From a virus (taxonomy: Duplodnaviria > Caudoviricetes): 25,473 nt of DNA. Shown here piece after piece: positions 1 to 9,209 of the stretch. The notes under the pieces are model-generated. The model searched no databases, had not been told where the DNA came from, and was given only the letters and a program-made list of their open reading frames with translations. The stretch lies in the IMG/VR virus record IMGVR_UViG_3300033067_000311, positions 1-25,473 of that record; one strand, 5' to 3'. How positions within the stretch are numbered: position 1 is the first letter of the stretch; each line of letters starts with the position of its first letter. The position numbers were made by a program, and so were the translations under genes.

Positions 1-288
1 TACCGGACCTTCCCGCTGCCGCGCGTTCAAATCGCGGTCACAGACACACCGTTTACGTGGATCACCGTGACCGATGGTGAGAAGTTTGTTGTGACATCCG
101 TCACGGCAAGCAGCGAGAGCCGCGACAGCGTGGAGTGGACCGCACGCTTGCCGATACCTGATCCCGTCGTGCGCGCCACACTGCAAACCTCGCGCGACCT
201 CAAGACATGGGATGATCACCAGGTATTCGAGTTCCGCAAATCCAACGCCGAGTTTTTTCGCATCAAGATCGAACAACTGACGCCATGA
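1..288 (+). CDS. 3' part of a hypothetical protein (5'-truncated by window edge), possibly exported or virion-associated
   Basis: Frame 1 is open from base 1 (YRTFPLPRVQIAVTDTPFTWITVTDGEKF...) to TGA 286-288. It ends in LQTSRDLKTW...AEFFRIKI. The stop overlaps the next ATG (ATGA). Confidence 0.75.
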   Translation, partial: YRTFPLPRVQIAVTDTPFTWITVTDGEKFVVTSVTASSESRDSVEWTARLPIPDPVVRATLQTSRDLKTWDDHQVFEFRKSNAEFFRIKIEQLTP

Positions 289-416
289 AAACCATCGCCA
301 TTCTCACCTGTCTTGCCGTCTCCGGCTGCGGCGGCACGTTCACGCTGCGGACTGATGGCAGCTTGGCTTACACCACGCCGGAGATTTTGAAACCAATCAT
401 CGTCCACGAGAAGTGA
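285..416 (+). CDS. small putative lipoprotein, 43 aa (not in ORF track); possible o-spanin or accessory lipoprotein
   Basis: Hand translation MKTIAILTCLAVSGCGGTFTLRTDGSLAYTTPEILKPIIVHEK: basic N-terminus, short hydrophobic stretch, lipobox-like VSG-C. ATGA-coupled to the upstream gene and fills the gap before the fibre gene. Confidence 0.7.
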   Translation: MKTIAILTCLAVSGCGGTFTLRTDGSLAYTTPEILKPIIVHEK

Positions 417-440
417 CCATTACCATCAACTATTTACACC

Positions 441-2036
441 ATGAGCGCAGCACCTACCATATACGTTCCAAACGCGGACTTTTCAACTTTGGCGGCAACT
501 CCAATCACAAGTGCGGGGCTTCCAGGCTCCGAGCTTGATGCGGAGTTTTCCGAAATCGCAGCATCATTAACTGCCACGCAATCGCGTCTTGCTGAGATTC
601 AGCGGGATGACGGCGCGGTGCGCAATGGGGTTGTCGGATTCCTCGCCATGTCTGCGGACGTGTTGGCAGCATTCGCATCCATTGGGTCCAACTACCGCGG
701 ACAATGGTCTGCGGGTCAGGACTACGTTTCCGGCGATCTGGTGATTTCCGGTATCGACAACTATCCGTACCTTTGCGGCGTGCCTCACACGAGTTCCGCG
801 GATTTCAATTCGGACTTTTCTTCCGGTGTATGGGCGATTCTCGGGTATCGACCAACAACGGACAATTTGGTTATCAATAATTTCAGTGGGGACGGATCGA
901 CTGTCGCGTTCAACCTGACGAAAGACCCCGCGGATGAAAACAACACCCAGGTTTATGTCTCTGGTGTTTATCAGAAAAAAAGCACCTACACGGTGACGGG
1001 CACATCACCGGCGGTCCTGACATTTAATTCAGCTCCAGCTATCGGGACAAACAATATCGAGGTCGTGATCGGCGTATCCGCGGAACTTATCAGTTCCGTC
1101 GTGAACATCCCAAATAACTCGGTTGGCACATCGGCGCTTATCAACTTGAATGTGACCACTGGCAAGTTGGCGGATGGAGCGGTGACAACCGTGAAGCTCG
1201 CTGACTCAACAGGCGGTGAAGACGGGGTGACAACCGCGAAGATCGCCGACTTGAACATCACCACCGCCAAGCTGGCAGACTTGTCTGTGACCACCGCCAA
1301 GATTGCGGGAGCATCGGTGGACAGCAGCAAGCTCGCGGTAGGTTCAGTTCAGACGGCGAACATCCAGTCCGGCGCGGTGGACAACTCGAAGTTGGCATCA
1401 AGCGCGGTGGACTCCGTAAAGTTGGCAGCGAACGCGGTGACTACCACAAAAATCGCGAATGGTGCGGTGACGGCGGAAAAACTTGCGGTTGGCGCAATGG
1501 TTATTGCGGATGCCTCGATCACAACGGCAAAGCTTGCCGATGATGCCGTGACGCCGGAAAAGATGGCGGCAGGGATGCCCGTCAAGATCGAGCAGGTGGC
1601 CAAGACGGACCCGCAAACCATCGCGTCCGGGTCATGGACCGACATTTCCGGGTTGTCGATTGCGTTCACCCGCAACATGACCAACAGCAAGGTGAGGGTG
1701 CAGGCGCAGTTGAGCGGCTCATCCACCGTCGTGACGCCGATGGCGATTAGGATTTTGCGGGAGGCGACGGCGGTCGGGATTGGCAACGTGATCAGCAGCC
1801 GGACACAGGCGACAACCGCGTTGAGCGTCATTAGCGGCGACATTGCTGGCATTCAATGCGCGTCGATTGACTTTATTGACAACGTGTCGGCGGTTGCGAC
1901 CAACCCGCTCACCTACAAGTTGCAGGCGTTGGTGTCATCCGGCAGCGGGTATATCAACCGATCTTTCACGGACGGCACGACAAGCAACTATGTCAGCCCG
2001 ATTTCAACGCTGACATTGACTGAGATCACGGTTTAA
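441..2036 (+). CDS. tail fibre / receptor-binding protein, 531 aa
   Basis: N-terminal anchor-type segment (LDAEFSEIAASL...IQRDDG), a W-x5-Y-x2-GDLV carbohydrate-binding-like motif, a GDGSTVAFNL...VYVSGVYQ beta module, about 14 copies of a 10-aa VTTAKLADxx repeat, and a beta-rich C-terminal head. Confidence 0.8.
   Translation: MSAAPTIYVPNADFSTLAATPITSAGLPGSELDAEFSEIAASLTATQSRLAEIQRDDGAVRNGVVGFLAMSADVLAAFASIGSNYRGQWSAGQDYVSGDLVISGIDNYPYLCGVPHTSSADFNSDFSSGVWAILGYRPTTDNLVINNFSGDGSTVAFNLTKDPADENNTQVYVSGVYQKKSTYTVTGTSPAVLTFNSAPAIGTNNIEVVIGVSAELISSVVNIPNNSVGTSALINLNVTTGKLADGAVTTVKLADSTGGEDGVTTAKIADLNITTAKLADLSVTTAKIAGASVDSSKLAVGSVQTANIQSGAVDNSKLASSAVDSVKLAANAVTTTKIANGAVTAEKLAVGAMVIADASITTAKLADDAVTPEKMAAGMPVKIEQVAKTDPQTIASGSWTDISGLSIAFTRNMTNSKVRVQAQLSGSSTVVTPMAIRILREATAVGIGNVISSRTQATTALSVISGDIAGIQCASIDFIDNVSAVATNPLTYKLQALVSSGSGYINRSFTDGTTSNYVSPISTLTLTEITV
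1122..1574 (+). repeat. coding tandem repeat, 10-aa (30-bp) period, consensus VTTAKLAxxA
   Basis: VTTGKLADGA, VTTVKLADST, VTTAKIADLN, ITTAKLADLS, VTTAKIAGAS, VDSSKLAVGS, VQTANIQSGA, VDNSKLASSA, VDSVKLAANA, VTTTKIANGA, VTAEKLAVGA, ITTAKLADDA, VTPEKMAAG read directly from the translation. Confidence 0.9.
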
Positions 2037-2040
2037 TCCA

Positions 2041-3630
2041 ATGCCAGCCAAGCGAAAAGACCTCACGCCGCTGGAACAGGCCGAAATCCAGCTCAAAGCC
2101 ACCCGCCGGTTGCTGGCTGCGAAGAAGGCGCACTACTCGCTGATCGAGTTTGTGAGGCTGATGATGCCCGACCCGATGGACCCTGACGACGTGCAGCTTT
2201 CACGCTACATCGTCGCCAAACACCACGAGGTTCTTGCGGCGGCGTTGGAGGAGGTGGACAAGGGGAACATGCCCCGACTCATCATCACGCTACCCCCACG
2301 GCACGGGAAGTCGCAGATTGCATCGAAGGCGTTCCCCGCATGGTTCATGGGGCGCGATCCCTACCGCCAAATGATCGTGGCATCCTACTCAGCCACCATG
2401 GCGGAGGACTTCGGCCGCGAGGTGCGGGCCTACATGCAGACACCAGCCTACAAGCAAGTGTTCCCGGCTTGTTCGCTTCGCAAGGGTGGGGCAGCATCAG
2501 ACCGCGTGCAGACCGAGCAGGGCGGGCTTGGCGTGTTCGTGGGCGCTGGCGGTGCACTCACCGGCCGCGGCGCAGACGTACTCTTGATCGACGACCCGGT
2601 GAAAGACCGCGAGGACGCCGACAGCGCGACGATGCGCGACAAACTGTGGAGTTGGTTCACGGATGTTGCCATGACGCGCTTGATGGGTGGCATGGGGCGT
2701 GTGGTCATCATCATGACCCGCTGGCACGAGGACGATCTGGTCGGCAGGCTGACGGATCCCGGCAACCAGCACTACAACTCGGAGGAGGCGAAGCAGTGGA
2801 AAATCATCTCGTTCCCGGCATTGGCCGAGGACAACGACATCATGGGCCGCGAGAAGGATGAACCACTATGGCCCGACCGCATCACGAAAGAGTTTCTCAG
2901 TTCGCAGCGTCGGCTGAACCCACGGGGCTTCGCCGCGCTCTACCAAGGACGGCCGGCACCGGAGGATGGCGACTTCTTCAAACGCGAGTGGCTAGCCACC
3001 TACCAACCGAATGAGCTGCCGCGCAACCTTCGCTACTACTCCGCGAGCGACCATGCGGTGTCCGTGGCGCAAGATCGAGACCCGACAGTGCTGCTCACAG
3101 CAGGCGTGGACGATCAAGGGACCATCTGGATTTTGCCGGACGTGTGGTGGAGGCGGGCGCAGACAGACGATGTGGTGGACGCGATGCTCGACATGATGGC
3201 GCGGCACAAGCCGCTGATCTGGTGGGCCGAGCGCGGGCACATCTCGAAGTCGATTGCGCCGTTTCTGCGGAAGCGAATGCAGGAGGAACAGGTGTATTGC
3301 GCCATCGACGAGGTGGTGCCCGTGAAAGACAAGCAGACGCGGGCACAGTCGATCCGTGGCAGGATGAGCATGGGCAAGGTGCGGTTCCCTGGCTTCGCCC
3401 CGTGGTGGGAGGCTGCCCGCTCTCAGATGCTTTCATTCCCCGCAGGCAAGCACGATGACTTTGTAGATACCATCGCCTACATCGGCATGGGGCTTGGCCG
3501 GATGACGGCAGCCACCGCGCCGAGTCGCAAAAAGCCATCGCCCGCCACCGGCACGATTGGCTGGGTGCTGGCTCGCTCGAAGGCGCAACAACGCGAGAAG
3601 GCAAACATGAAGGCGGCAGCAGGATTCTGA
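2041..3630 (+). CDS. terL: terminase large subunit (Terminase_6-type ATPase plus RNase H-like nuclease)
   Basis: Walker A LPPRHGKS, GGALTGRGAD plus Walker B LLIDDP, coupling motif IMTRW, nuclease acidic motifs ASDHA and HDDFVD. Confidence 0.97.
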   Translation: MPAKRKDLTPLEQAEIQLKATRRLLAAKKAHYSLIEFVRLMMPDPMDPDDVQLSRYIVAKHHEVLAAALEEVDKGNMPRLIITLPPRHGKSQIASKAFPAWFMGRDPYRQMIVASYSATMAEDFGREVRAYMQTPAYKQVFPACSLRKGGAASDRVQTEQGGLGVFVGAGGALTGRGADVLLIDDPVKDREDADSATMRDKLWSWFTDVAMTRLMGGMGRVVIIMTRWHEDDLVGRLTDPGNQHYNSEEAKQWKIISFPALAEDNDIMGREKDEPLWPDRITKEFLSSQRRLNPRGFAALYQGRPAPEDGDFFKREWLATYQPNELPRNLRYYSASDHAVSVAQDRDPTVLLTAGVDDQGTIWILPDVWWRRAQTDDVVDAMLDMMARHKPLIWWAERGHISKSIAPFLRKRMQEEQVYCAIDEVVPVKDKQTRAQSIRGRMSMGKVRFPGFAPWWEAARSQMLSFPAGKHDDFVDTIAYIGMGLGRMTAATAPSRKKPSPATGTIGWVLARSKAQQREKANMKAAAGF

Positions 3631-3632
3631 GA

Positions 3633-3661
3633 TTGCCATTTTACAGACAGACAGACACCAT
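3633..3661 (+). promoter_or_regulatory. putative late promoter of portal gene, with CAGACAGACAGACA box
   Basis: TTGCCA (3633-3638)-N17-CACCAT (3656-3661). The 14-mer CAGACAGACAGACA (3644-3657) recurs exactly upstream of the scaffold gene. Confidence 0.5.
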
Positions 3662-3676
3662 TTTCAACCAGAAGCC

Positions 3677-5827
3677 ATGAAATATCCACCGACCCCAGCC
3701 GACCCCAGCATCGAGCAACCTTTAGCGGAGCCGGTCAAGAGCGGGATGACGCGCGACGTGCCCACGCCTGATCCATCGAGGGCCGCGCTTGTCCAGCAAT
3801 GGCAGGGAAAGGTCACAGCCGCGAAGTCGCATTGGGCAAAAGACTTCGAGCGGATGAAGGAAGACCAGGCTTTCCTTGGCGGTGCGCAGTGGGATGGGCG
3901 GGAAGCCCCCGACAAATACACGGCGAATATCATCCAGCGGCACATCAACCAGCGAGTTGCAGCGCTCTACGCCAAGAACCCGAAAGTGGTTGTCCGCAAG
4001 CGGCGCACGATGGATTTTACACAGTGGGACGGCACCACCGATGCGTTGCAAAGCATTCAGATGGCCATGGAGATGTCCCAGCAGGCGGGAGTTCCCATGC
4101 CGCCAGAAATTATGAACCTGATCGCGGACATCGCCCAGGGCGTGCAGCGCCGGTCGATGCTGGAGAAAATTTCAAAAACGCTGGAAATTCTCTACGATTA
4201 CACACTCAACCAGCAAATCCCGCCATTCAAGGTGCAGATGAAGCAACTGGTTCGCCGCGTCTGCACGACGGGTGTTGGCTTCGTGAAGCTGGGATTCCAG
4301 CGGGTGCTCGAACGCAGCCCCGACGACGTGGAGCGCATCAACGGGCTGACCGAGCAAATCTCCGTGATGGAGCGGATGCTTGCCGACGTGGCAGACGACA
4401 AGCTCGAAGAGGGTCGCGCCGAGCTTGAGCAACTGCGGTTGATCTTGGCGGATTACCAACAGCGCGAGCAGATGGTCGCCCGCGAGGGGTTGTGCTTCGA
4501 CTTCCCTACGTCCACAAGCGTCATCATCGACCCAGCCTGCCGCCACTTGCGTACGCTCACGGGAGCACGGTGGATCGCGGAGGAATATATCCTGCCAGTG
4601 GACACCATCAAGGAAATCTACGCCGTGGACTTGTCCACCGCCGGCAGTGCGACCAGCTACGACACCGAGAGCAAGACAGGCATCCCTGGACTGAAAGAGC
4701 GCATCAAGTCGGTTGTGACCGAGGATGGCGCACCGGAGCCACGGGCGAAGGACGGCAAGTGTGTGTGGGTAATTTGGGATAAGACGACCGGACAGACATG
4801 CACTGTCTGTGAAGGCTACGTCGATTTCCTTGTCGAGCCGAAGCAGCCCGACGTGTTCATCGAGCGGTTCTGGCCGGTATTTCCCTTGATTTTCAACGAA
4901 ACCGAGAACGAGGACAGCATCTATCCGCGCAGCGACGTGCATCTCCTCAAGCCACTCCAGAAGGAATACAACCGCTGCCGCGAGGGATTGCGCCAACACC
5001 GGATCGCAAACCGCCCGAAGACCGCGGTGGCTGCCGGCCAACTCGACGAGGAGGACACCGAGAAGCTGAAAAACCACCCGGCAAACGCGGTCATCACGCT
5101 CAACGCACTGCCGCCAAATGGCGACGTGGCGAAACTCCTTCAACCGATCAAAAACCCGCCAATCGACTCCGCACTCTACGATACCTCGCCGGTGTATGAG
5201 GATTTGTTGCGGGTTGTTGGACAGTCAGACGCCAGCATCGGCTCCGCGCAGGCTGGCGTGACTGCCACCGGCGACAGCATTGCCGAGCAGAACCGCACGG
5301 TGGCCATTGCTTCCAACGTGGACGACCTGGACGACATGCTCAACGAGCTTTCCCGAGCTGCCGGACAGGTGCTTTTCCTGGAAATGTCGCAGGAATCCGT
5401 CCAGAAGATCGCCGGCCCCGGCGCGGTATGGCCGCAACTCTCCACGCAGGATGTCGCAGACGAGTTGTTGCTGGAGGTTGAGGCTGGATCAAGCGGGCGC
5501 CCGAACCGCGCCACCGAGATCGCCAACATCGAACGCCTCGCGCCACTGCTCCTCCAGATGCCCGGCGTAAAGCCTGACTGGCTCGTCAAGCAACTCATCA
5601 TGCGCCTCGACGACCGTCTCGACCCGACAGACGCGATTGCCGCTGGTCTGCCGAGCATTGTCACACAAAACGCCATGGCCAAGGGGATGCAGGCAATGGG
5701 CAACAACCCCGAGGACCAAGGTGGCAACGGTGCCAACAACGAGGAGAAGCCACCGGGAGACGGCAGACCACCGTCCGGCCCGACCACTCCCCAGCAGCCA
5801 AACCCGAGCGGGATGATGGGCGGGTGA
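3677..5827 (+). CDS. portal protein (P22-like, 716 aa)
   Basis: Lies between terL and scaffold/capsid. Helical protein of the expected size, with ANIIQRHINQRVAALYAKNP, GVTATGDSIAEQ and EVEAGSSGRPN motifs and a low-complexity P/G/N tail typical of podoviral portals. Confidence 0.9.
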   Translation: MKYPPTPADPSIEQPLAEPVKSGMTRDVPTPDPSRAALVQQWQGKVTAAKSHWAKDFERMKEDQAFLGGAQWDGREAPDKYTANIIQRHINQRVAALYAKNPKVVVRKRRTMDFTQWDGTTDALQSIQMAMEMSQQAGVPMPPEIMNLIADIAQGVQRRSMLEKISKTLEILYDYTLNQQIPPFKVQMKQLVRRVCTTGVGFVKLGFQRVLERSPDDVERINGLTEQISVMERMLADVADDKLEEGRAELEQLRLILADYQQREQMVAREGLCFDFPTSTSVIIDPACRHLRTLTGARWIAEEYILPVDTIKEIYAVDLSTAGSATSYDTESKTGIPGLKERIKSVVTEDGAPEPRAKDGKCVWVIWDKTTGQTCTVCEGYVDFLVEPKQPDVFIERFWPVFPLIFNETENEDSIYPRSDVHLLKPLQKEYNRCREGLRQHRIANRPKTAVAAGQLDEEDTEKLKNHPANAVITLNALPPNGDVAKLLQPIKNPPIDSALYDTSPVYEDLLRVVGQSDASIGSAQAGVTATGDSIAEQNRTVAIASNVDDLDDMLNELSRAAGQVLFLEMSQESVQKIAGPGAVWPQLSTQDVADELLLEVEAGSSGRPNRATEIANIERLAPLLLQMPGVKPDWLVKQLIMRLDDRLDPTDAIAAGLPSIVTQNAMAKGMQAMGNNPEDQGGNGANNEEKPPGDGRPPSGPTTPQQPNPSGMMGG

Positions 5828-5870
5828 AATTATCCCCACCAACAAATCTTAGCCTTACCTAAGTTTTGGA

Positions 5871-5899
5871 TTGACGGGCGGCGCAGACAGACAGACATT
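5871..5899 (+). promoter_or_regulatory. putative late promoter of scaffold/capsid operon, with CAGACAGACAGACA box
   Basis: TTGACG (5871-5876)-N17-GACATT (5894-5899), with CAGACAGACAGACA at 5884-5897. The ATG at 5907 follows the -10 box after 7 nt. Confidence 0.6.
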
Positions 5900-5906
5900 C
5901 ACGGGC

Positions 5907-6929
5907 ATGACGCAAACAGAAGCGTCGGGTTCGTCGCCCGACACACAAATTGAGGAGATTGCCGCCGAGGTGCCAGCCACCGACGCAGCACCGGACGCCA
6001 CAGAGGTCGCACCGTCCACGACCGAAACCAAAGGCGAAACGCCGTTGACGTTGCTCGATCTCGTAAGAGACGTGGCTGCCAAGACAGGCGATGTGGCACC
6101 GCCGACCACGGAAGAACAGGCAGCGGAACCGGAAACCTCGTCTGAGGAGAATCCGGCCCACGATCCCAACGTACCTACGCCGAGTGGCGAGAAGGACGGA
6201 CAGGAAGGGCAGGAGGAAAAGAATGACGAACAGCTCCCGTTCCACAAGCACCCGCGATTTCAGGAACTCGTTCGTGAGAAAAACTCCTACAAGGAGGACG
6301 CCACACAGTTCCGGGCAATTTCAGACTACATGGCCGAAAATCGTCTGTCCGCAGACGAGGTGGACAAGGGGTTTGTCATCATGTCCGCGATCAAGAACGA
6401 TCCGGTAAAAGCGAGGGCAATGCTGGCTGAAACCATGCGACAGCTCGATGAGGTGACGGGGGAAATCCTTGGAGAATCAGAGACGCGCCTGGTGGATGAA
6501 GGTGAGATGAGCGAGACGGCGGCCAAGGAATTGAGCCGCTACAAAGCCCAAGTCGCCTTGCAAGAGCACCGACACCAAGAGGCACTGCAACAGCAGGCCG
6601 CCATGAGGGAACGGCAACTTGAGCAGAGCATTGTGAGCAGTGTGGAGCAATGGGAGCAGCAGATTGCGACACGCGATCCCGACTACGCCGCAAAGAAGTC
6701 GATTGTGTTCGATAAAATCCGCCTAGCGCAACTCCAGACCCCGGCCCGAAGCCCACAGGAAGCATTGGCCTATGCCGAAGCCGCCTACAAGCAAGCGACC
6801 GAGATTCTGAAAGCAGCGATGCCAAAGCGGGTGGCCATCCAATCACCGTCGAGTTCGCAATCAGTCACAAGTGCCCGTGCCGTGCCGAAAAGCCTGGCAG
6901 AAGTGGTGCGAATGGCTGCCGGTCAGTAA
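5907..6929 (+). CDS. capsid scaffolding protein
   Basis: Acidic disordered N-terminus, PFHKHPRFQEL motif and coiled-coil C-half, directly upstream of the capsid gene. ATG 5907 is preferred over the track's TTG 5871, which coincides with a -35 box. Confidence 0.85.
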   Translation: MTQTEASGSSPDTQIEEIAAEVPATDAAPDATEVAPSTTETKGETPLTLLDLVRDVAAKTGDVAPPTTEEQAAEPETSSEENPAHDPNVPTPSGEKDGQEGQEEKNDEQLPFHKHPRFQELVREKNSYKEDATQFRAISDYMAENRLSADEVDKGFVIMSAIKNDPVKARAMLAETMRQLDEVTGEILGESETRLVDEGEMSETAAKELSRYKAQVALQEHRHQEALQQQAAMRERQLEQSIVSSVEQWEQQIATRDPDYAAKKSIVFDKIRLAQLQTPARSPQEALAYAEAAYKQATEILKAAMPKRVAIQSPSSSQSVTSARAVPKSLAEVVRMAAGQ

Positions 6930-6949
6930 ATCTCTAACATCCTAATTCT

Positions 6950-8038
6950 ATGTCATTTTCACCATCTGCAACCGGCATCACTGCCGGCCAACTTGAGTCC
7001 ATCGCCTCCGCTGCTCTCGACTTCTACGTCAAGGGAGACGCGTTCGACCAGACCATCCAAGACAAGCCTTTGCTCTCCGCTCTGCGCGGCAAGCAGAAGA
7101 CTTTCCCCGGTGGCAAGGAGAAGATCAGCATTCCCGTTGTGGGCGAATATCTCAATTCGCACGCCGATTTCTTCAAGGGATTCAGCGGCACCGATGCCGT
7201 GACCTTCCAGAATCCGGCTTACCTCAAGCGGGCAGCCTACGGATACTACTCGATCCACGCCGGTATCACCGTGTCGTTCGACGAGTTGAAGGCTGACGGC
7301 ATCACCATCCTCGACAGTGCGTTTGGCGAGAAGACTTCCCAAGTCTCAGGCCGCGAGCTGACCGCCCTCACCTCCTTGCTGGATCACAAGCTCCAGTCGA
7401 TGAGCGAAGGCTGGGCACGCGAGATGAACGAGATGCTCTGGCGCGACGGCACGCAGGACGCCAAAGTCCCCGCGGGCATCCTCGCCTACATCACGGACGC
7501 CGTGACCACCGGCACCATCGGAGGCATCAACCGTGCAACCTCGACCTGGTGGCGCAACCGCCCGCTCGTGACCACGACTGCCGGCTCCGATGCGCTGACC
7601 ACCGCGCTCCGCAAGGAAGTGCGCCAACTTCGCCGTTACGGTGGCAAGCCGAACCTGATCCTCTGCGGATCGAAGTTCCTCGATGCACTCGAAGCTGAAG
7701 TCGCGGCCAAGTCCACCTACTCGCAGACCGGAGTGGCAGGCACCCGCAACCTCGCCAGCCCGACGCTGACAATCAACGGCATCGGCACGTTCCAATACGA
7801 CCCAACCCTCGACGACCTGCAAGCAGCGGGCGCCGGCGGCGGCTCGATTGACTACGCGAAACGGTGCTACTTCATTGACACCGACGCCATCTGCCTCTAC
7901 GCGATGGAAGGCGAAGACAACAAGGTGCACGCCCCCGCGCGCCCCCACGATGTCTATGCACTCTACCGCTCGATGACATGGACTGGCGGCACTGCCGTCA
8001 ATCGCATGAACTCCTGCGGCGTGCACGCCATCTCCTAA
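6950..8038 (+). CDS. major capsid protein (HK97 fold expected), 362 aa
   Basis: Follows the scaffold gene, has typical size and strongly C-ending codons, contains GGINRATSTWWRN and GGKPNLILCG motifs, and is followed by a terminator hairpin. Confidence 0.92.
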   Translation: MSFSPSATGITAGQLESIASAALDFYVKGDAFDQTIQDKPLLSALRGKQKTFPGGKEKISIPVVGEYLNSHADFFKGFSGTDAVTFQNPAYLKRAAYGYYSIHAGITVSFDELKADGITILDSAFGEKTSQVSGRELTALTSLLDHKLQSMSEGWAREMNEMLWRDGTQDAKVPAGILAYITDAVTTGTIGGINRATSTWWRNRPLVTTTAGSDALTTALRKEVRQLRRYGGKPNLILCGSKFLDALEAEVAAKSTYSQTGVAGTRNLASPTLTINGIGTFQYDPTLDDLQAAGAGGGSIDYAKRCYFIDTDAICLYAMEGEDNKVHAPARPHDVYALYRSMTWTGGTAVNRMNSCGVHAIS

Positions 8039-8050
8039 GCGGAGACTCAC

Positions 8051-8091
8051 AGGGAGGGGCCGGTCATGCTGGCTCCTCCCTCTTTCACTTT
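8051..8091 (+). terminator. probable intrinsic terminator after capsid gene
   Basis: AGGGAGGGGCCGG / CTGGCTCCTCCCT form a 13-bp stem (2 G-U pairs) with loop TCATG, followed by CTTTCACTTT. Confidence 0.75.
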
Positions 8092-8121
8092 CCACTCTCC
8101 CAAACCAAACCAACATCAACC

Positions 8122-8505
8122 ATGCAACACTGTTCCGTCCTGGTCGCCCGCGGTGGCGACCTCACCAATACCGTCCTGCGCGAAAACGTGTCTGTCCCCG
8201 AAATTGGCGTGCTAATCGGCATCCACGGCATCGACGGCGTGTTGCGAGTCCCCGACACCACCAGCGAACGCCCGGTGAAGCACGTCGAGGAGTATGACCG
8301 CATCCAGAACATCTACGGTGCTGACGCAACGGTGAGGATTCTTGGCCCGCGTGGTTTCACCATCAACCTGCCGACCCGATTGGCTGCCGTCTTTGCCGAC
8401 GTGGCCGAATCCGAGATGGCGGAGGAGGAGGCGCCGAAGCCCAAACGCGGCGGCATCAAGCTGTCTGCGAAAGCGGAGGATGCCGAAGAATTACTGACTG
8501 AATAA
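8122..8505 (+). CDS. phage hypothetical (head-associated?) protein, 127 aa
   Basis: ATG 8122 follows an A/C-rich leader. MQHCSVLVARGGDLTNTV...EIGVLIGIHG, acidic tail. The track start at 7978 overlaps the capsid gene and terminator, so it was shortened. Confidence 0.8.
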   Translation: MQHCSVLVARGGDLTNTVLRENVSVPEIGVLIGIHGIDGVLRVPDTTSERPVKHVEEYDRIQNIYGADATVRILGPRGFTINLPTRLAAVFADVAESEMAEEEAPKPKRGGIKLSAKAEDAEELLTE

Positions 8506-8516
8506 CCATCCACGCC

Positions 8517-9206
8517 ATGCCCGCAGGACAGACGCTTGACCAACTTGTGACGGCTCTCCGCGCGGAGATTGGCGACTCAACAAACGTCTCGATGGGGGCG
8601 GCGGCATTGCCTGGTCTTCATCAGACGTTGCGGAGGGTGCAGGAAACCTACTACGCGGATTTCAACTGGCCGCAGCTCCGCGTCTTCCGCGAGGAGGAAA
8701 TTCTTGCCGGTCAGCGGTATTACACGTTCAACCCAGATGTGGATTTCGAGCGGATTTATGGCGCATGGGCGCGTGAGTCCGATGTGACAAAACCGGAGTG
8801 GCGCGAAATCGACTACGGCATCACGCCAGCCGATTACAACGTGACCAACTCCGACGTTGGAGATGCCGAAGACAATATCCTCAAGTGGTGCCACTACGAA
8901 GGTAATCAATTTGAGGTCTGGCCAATCCCGACTTCGCCTGGCGCAATCCGCTTTCGCGCCATGAAAACACTGGCCCCGCTCGTCGCAGGCACAGACACCT
9001 GTGACATCGACGGGACGCTCCTCGTGCTCACTGCCGCAGCAGAGTTGCTGGCCCGTTCGAAGGCGCAGGACGCGCCACTCAAGCTCGCCATGGCGACGAG
9101 TCACTACAACCGTTTGAAAGGCCGCTACCAAAAGAGCGAAACCTTCATCATGGGCGGCGATACCACCATCACGCAAGGCTATACCCGCATTCGCGCACCG
9201 CGTTGA
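8517..9206 (+). CDS. head-tail adaptor / tail tubular protein A (P22 gp4 / T7 gp11 analogue)
   Basis: 229 aa, N-terminal TLDQLVTALRAEIG helix, FNWPQL and FEVWPIP motifs, syntenic position before the nozzle. Confidence 0.75.
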   Translation: MPAGQTLDQLVTALRAEIGDSTNVSMGAAALPGLHQTLRRVQETYYADFNWPQLRVFREEEILAGQRYYTFNPDVDFERIYGAWARESDVTKPEWREIDYGITPADYNVTNSDVGDAEDNILKWCHYEGNQFEVWPIPTSPGAIRFRAMKTLAPLVAGTDTCDIDGTLLVLTAAAELLARSKAQDAPLKLAMATSHYNRLKGRYQKSETFIMGGDTTITQGYTRIRAPR

Positions 9207-9209
9207 TCC

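Noticed and set aside
1575-2036. Diversity-generating retroelement target at the fibre C-terminus
   Set aside because: No reverse transcriptase and no template-repeat copy were seen in the window.
4172-5143. Long minus-strand ORFs opposite real genes (also 7346-8119, 17453-18424, 22137-23033)
   Set aside because: They mirror well-supported + strand genes with biased codon usage and show no recognisable motifs.
5871-5906. TTG start for the scaffold gene (and extended starts at 7978, 10771, 11424, 21600, 23672)
   Set aside because: These extensions overlap promoters, terminators or upstream genes; downstream ATGs give cleaner junctions.
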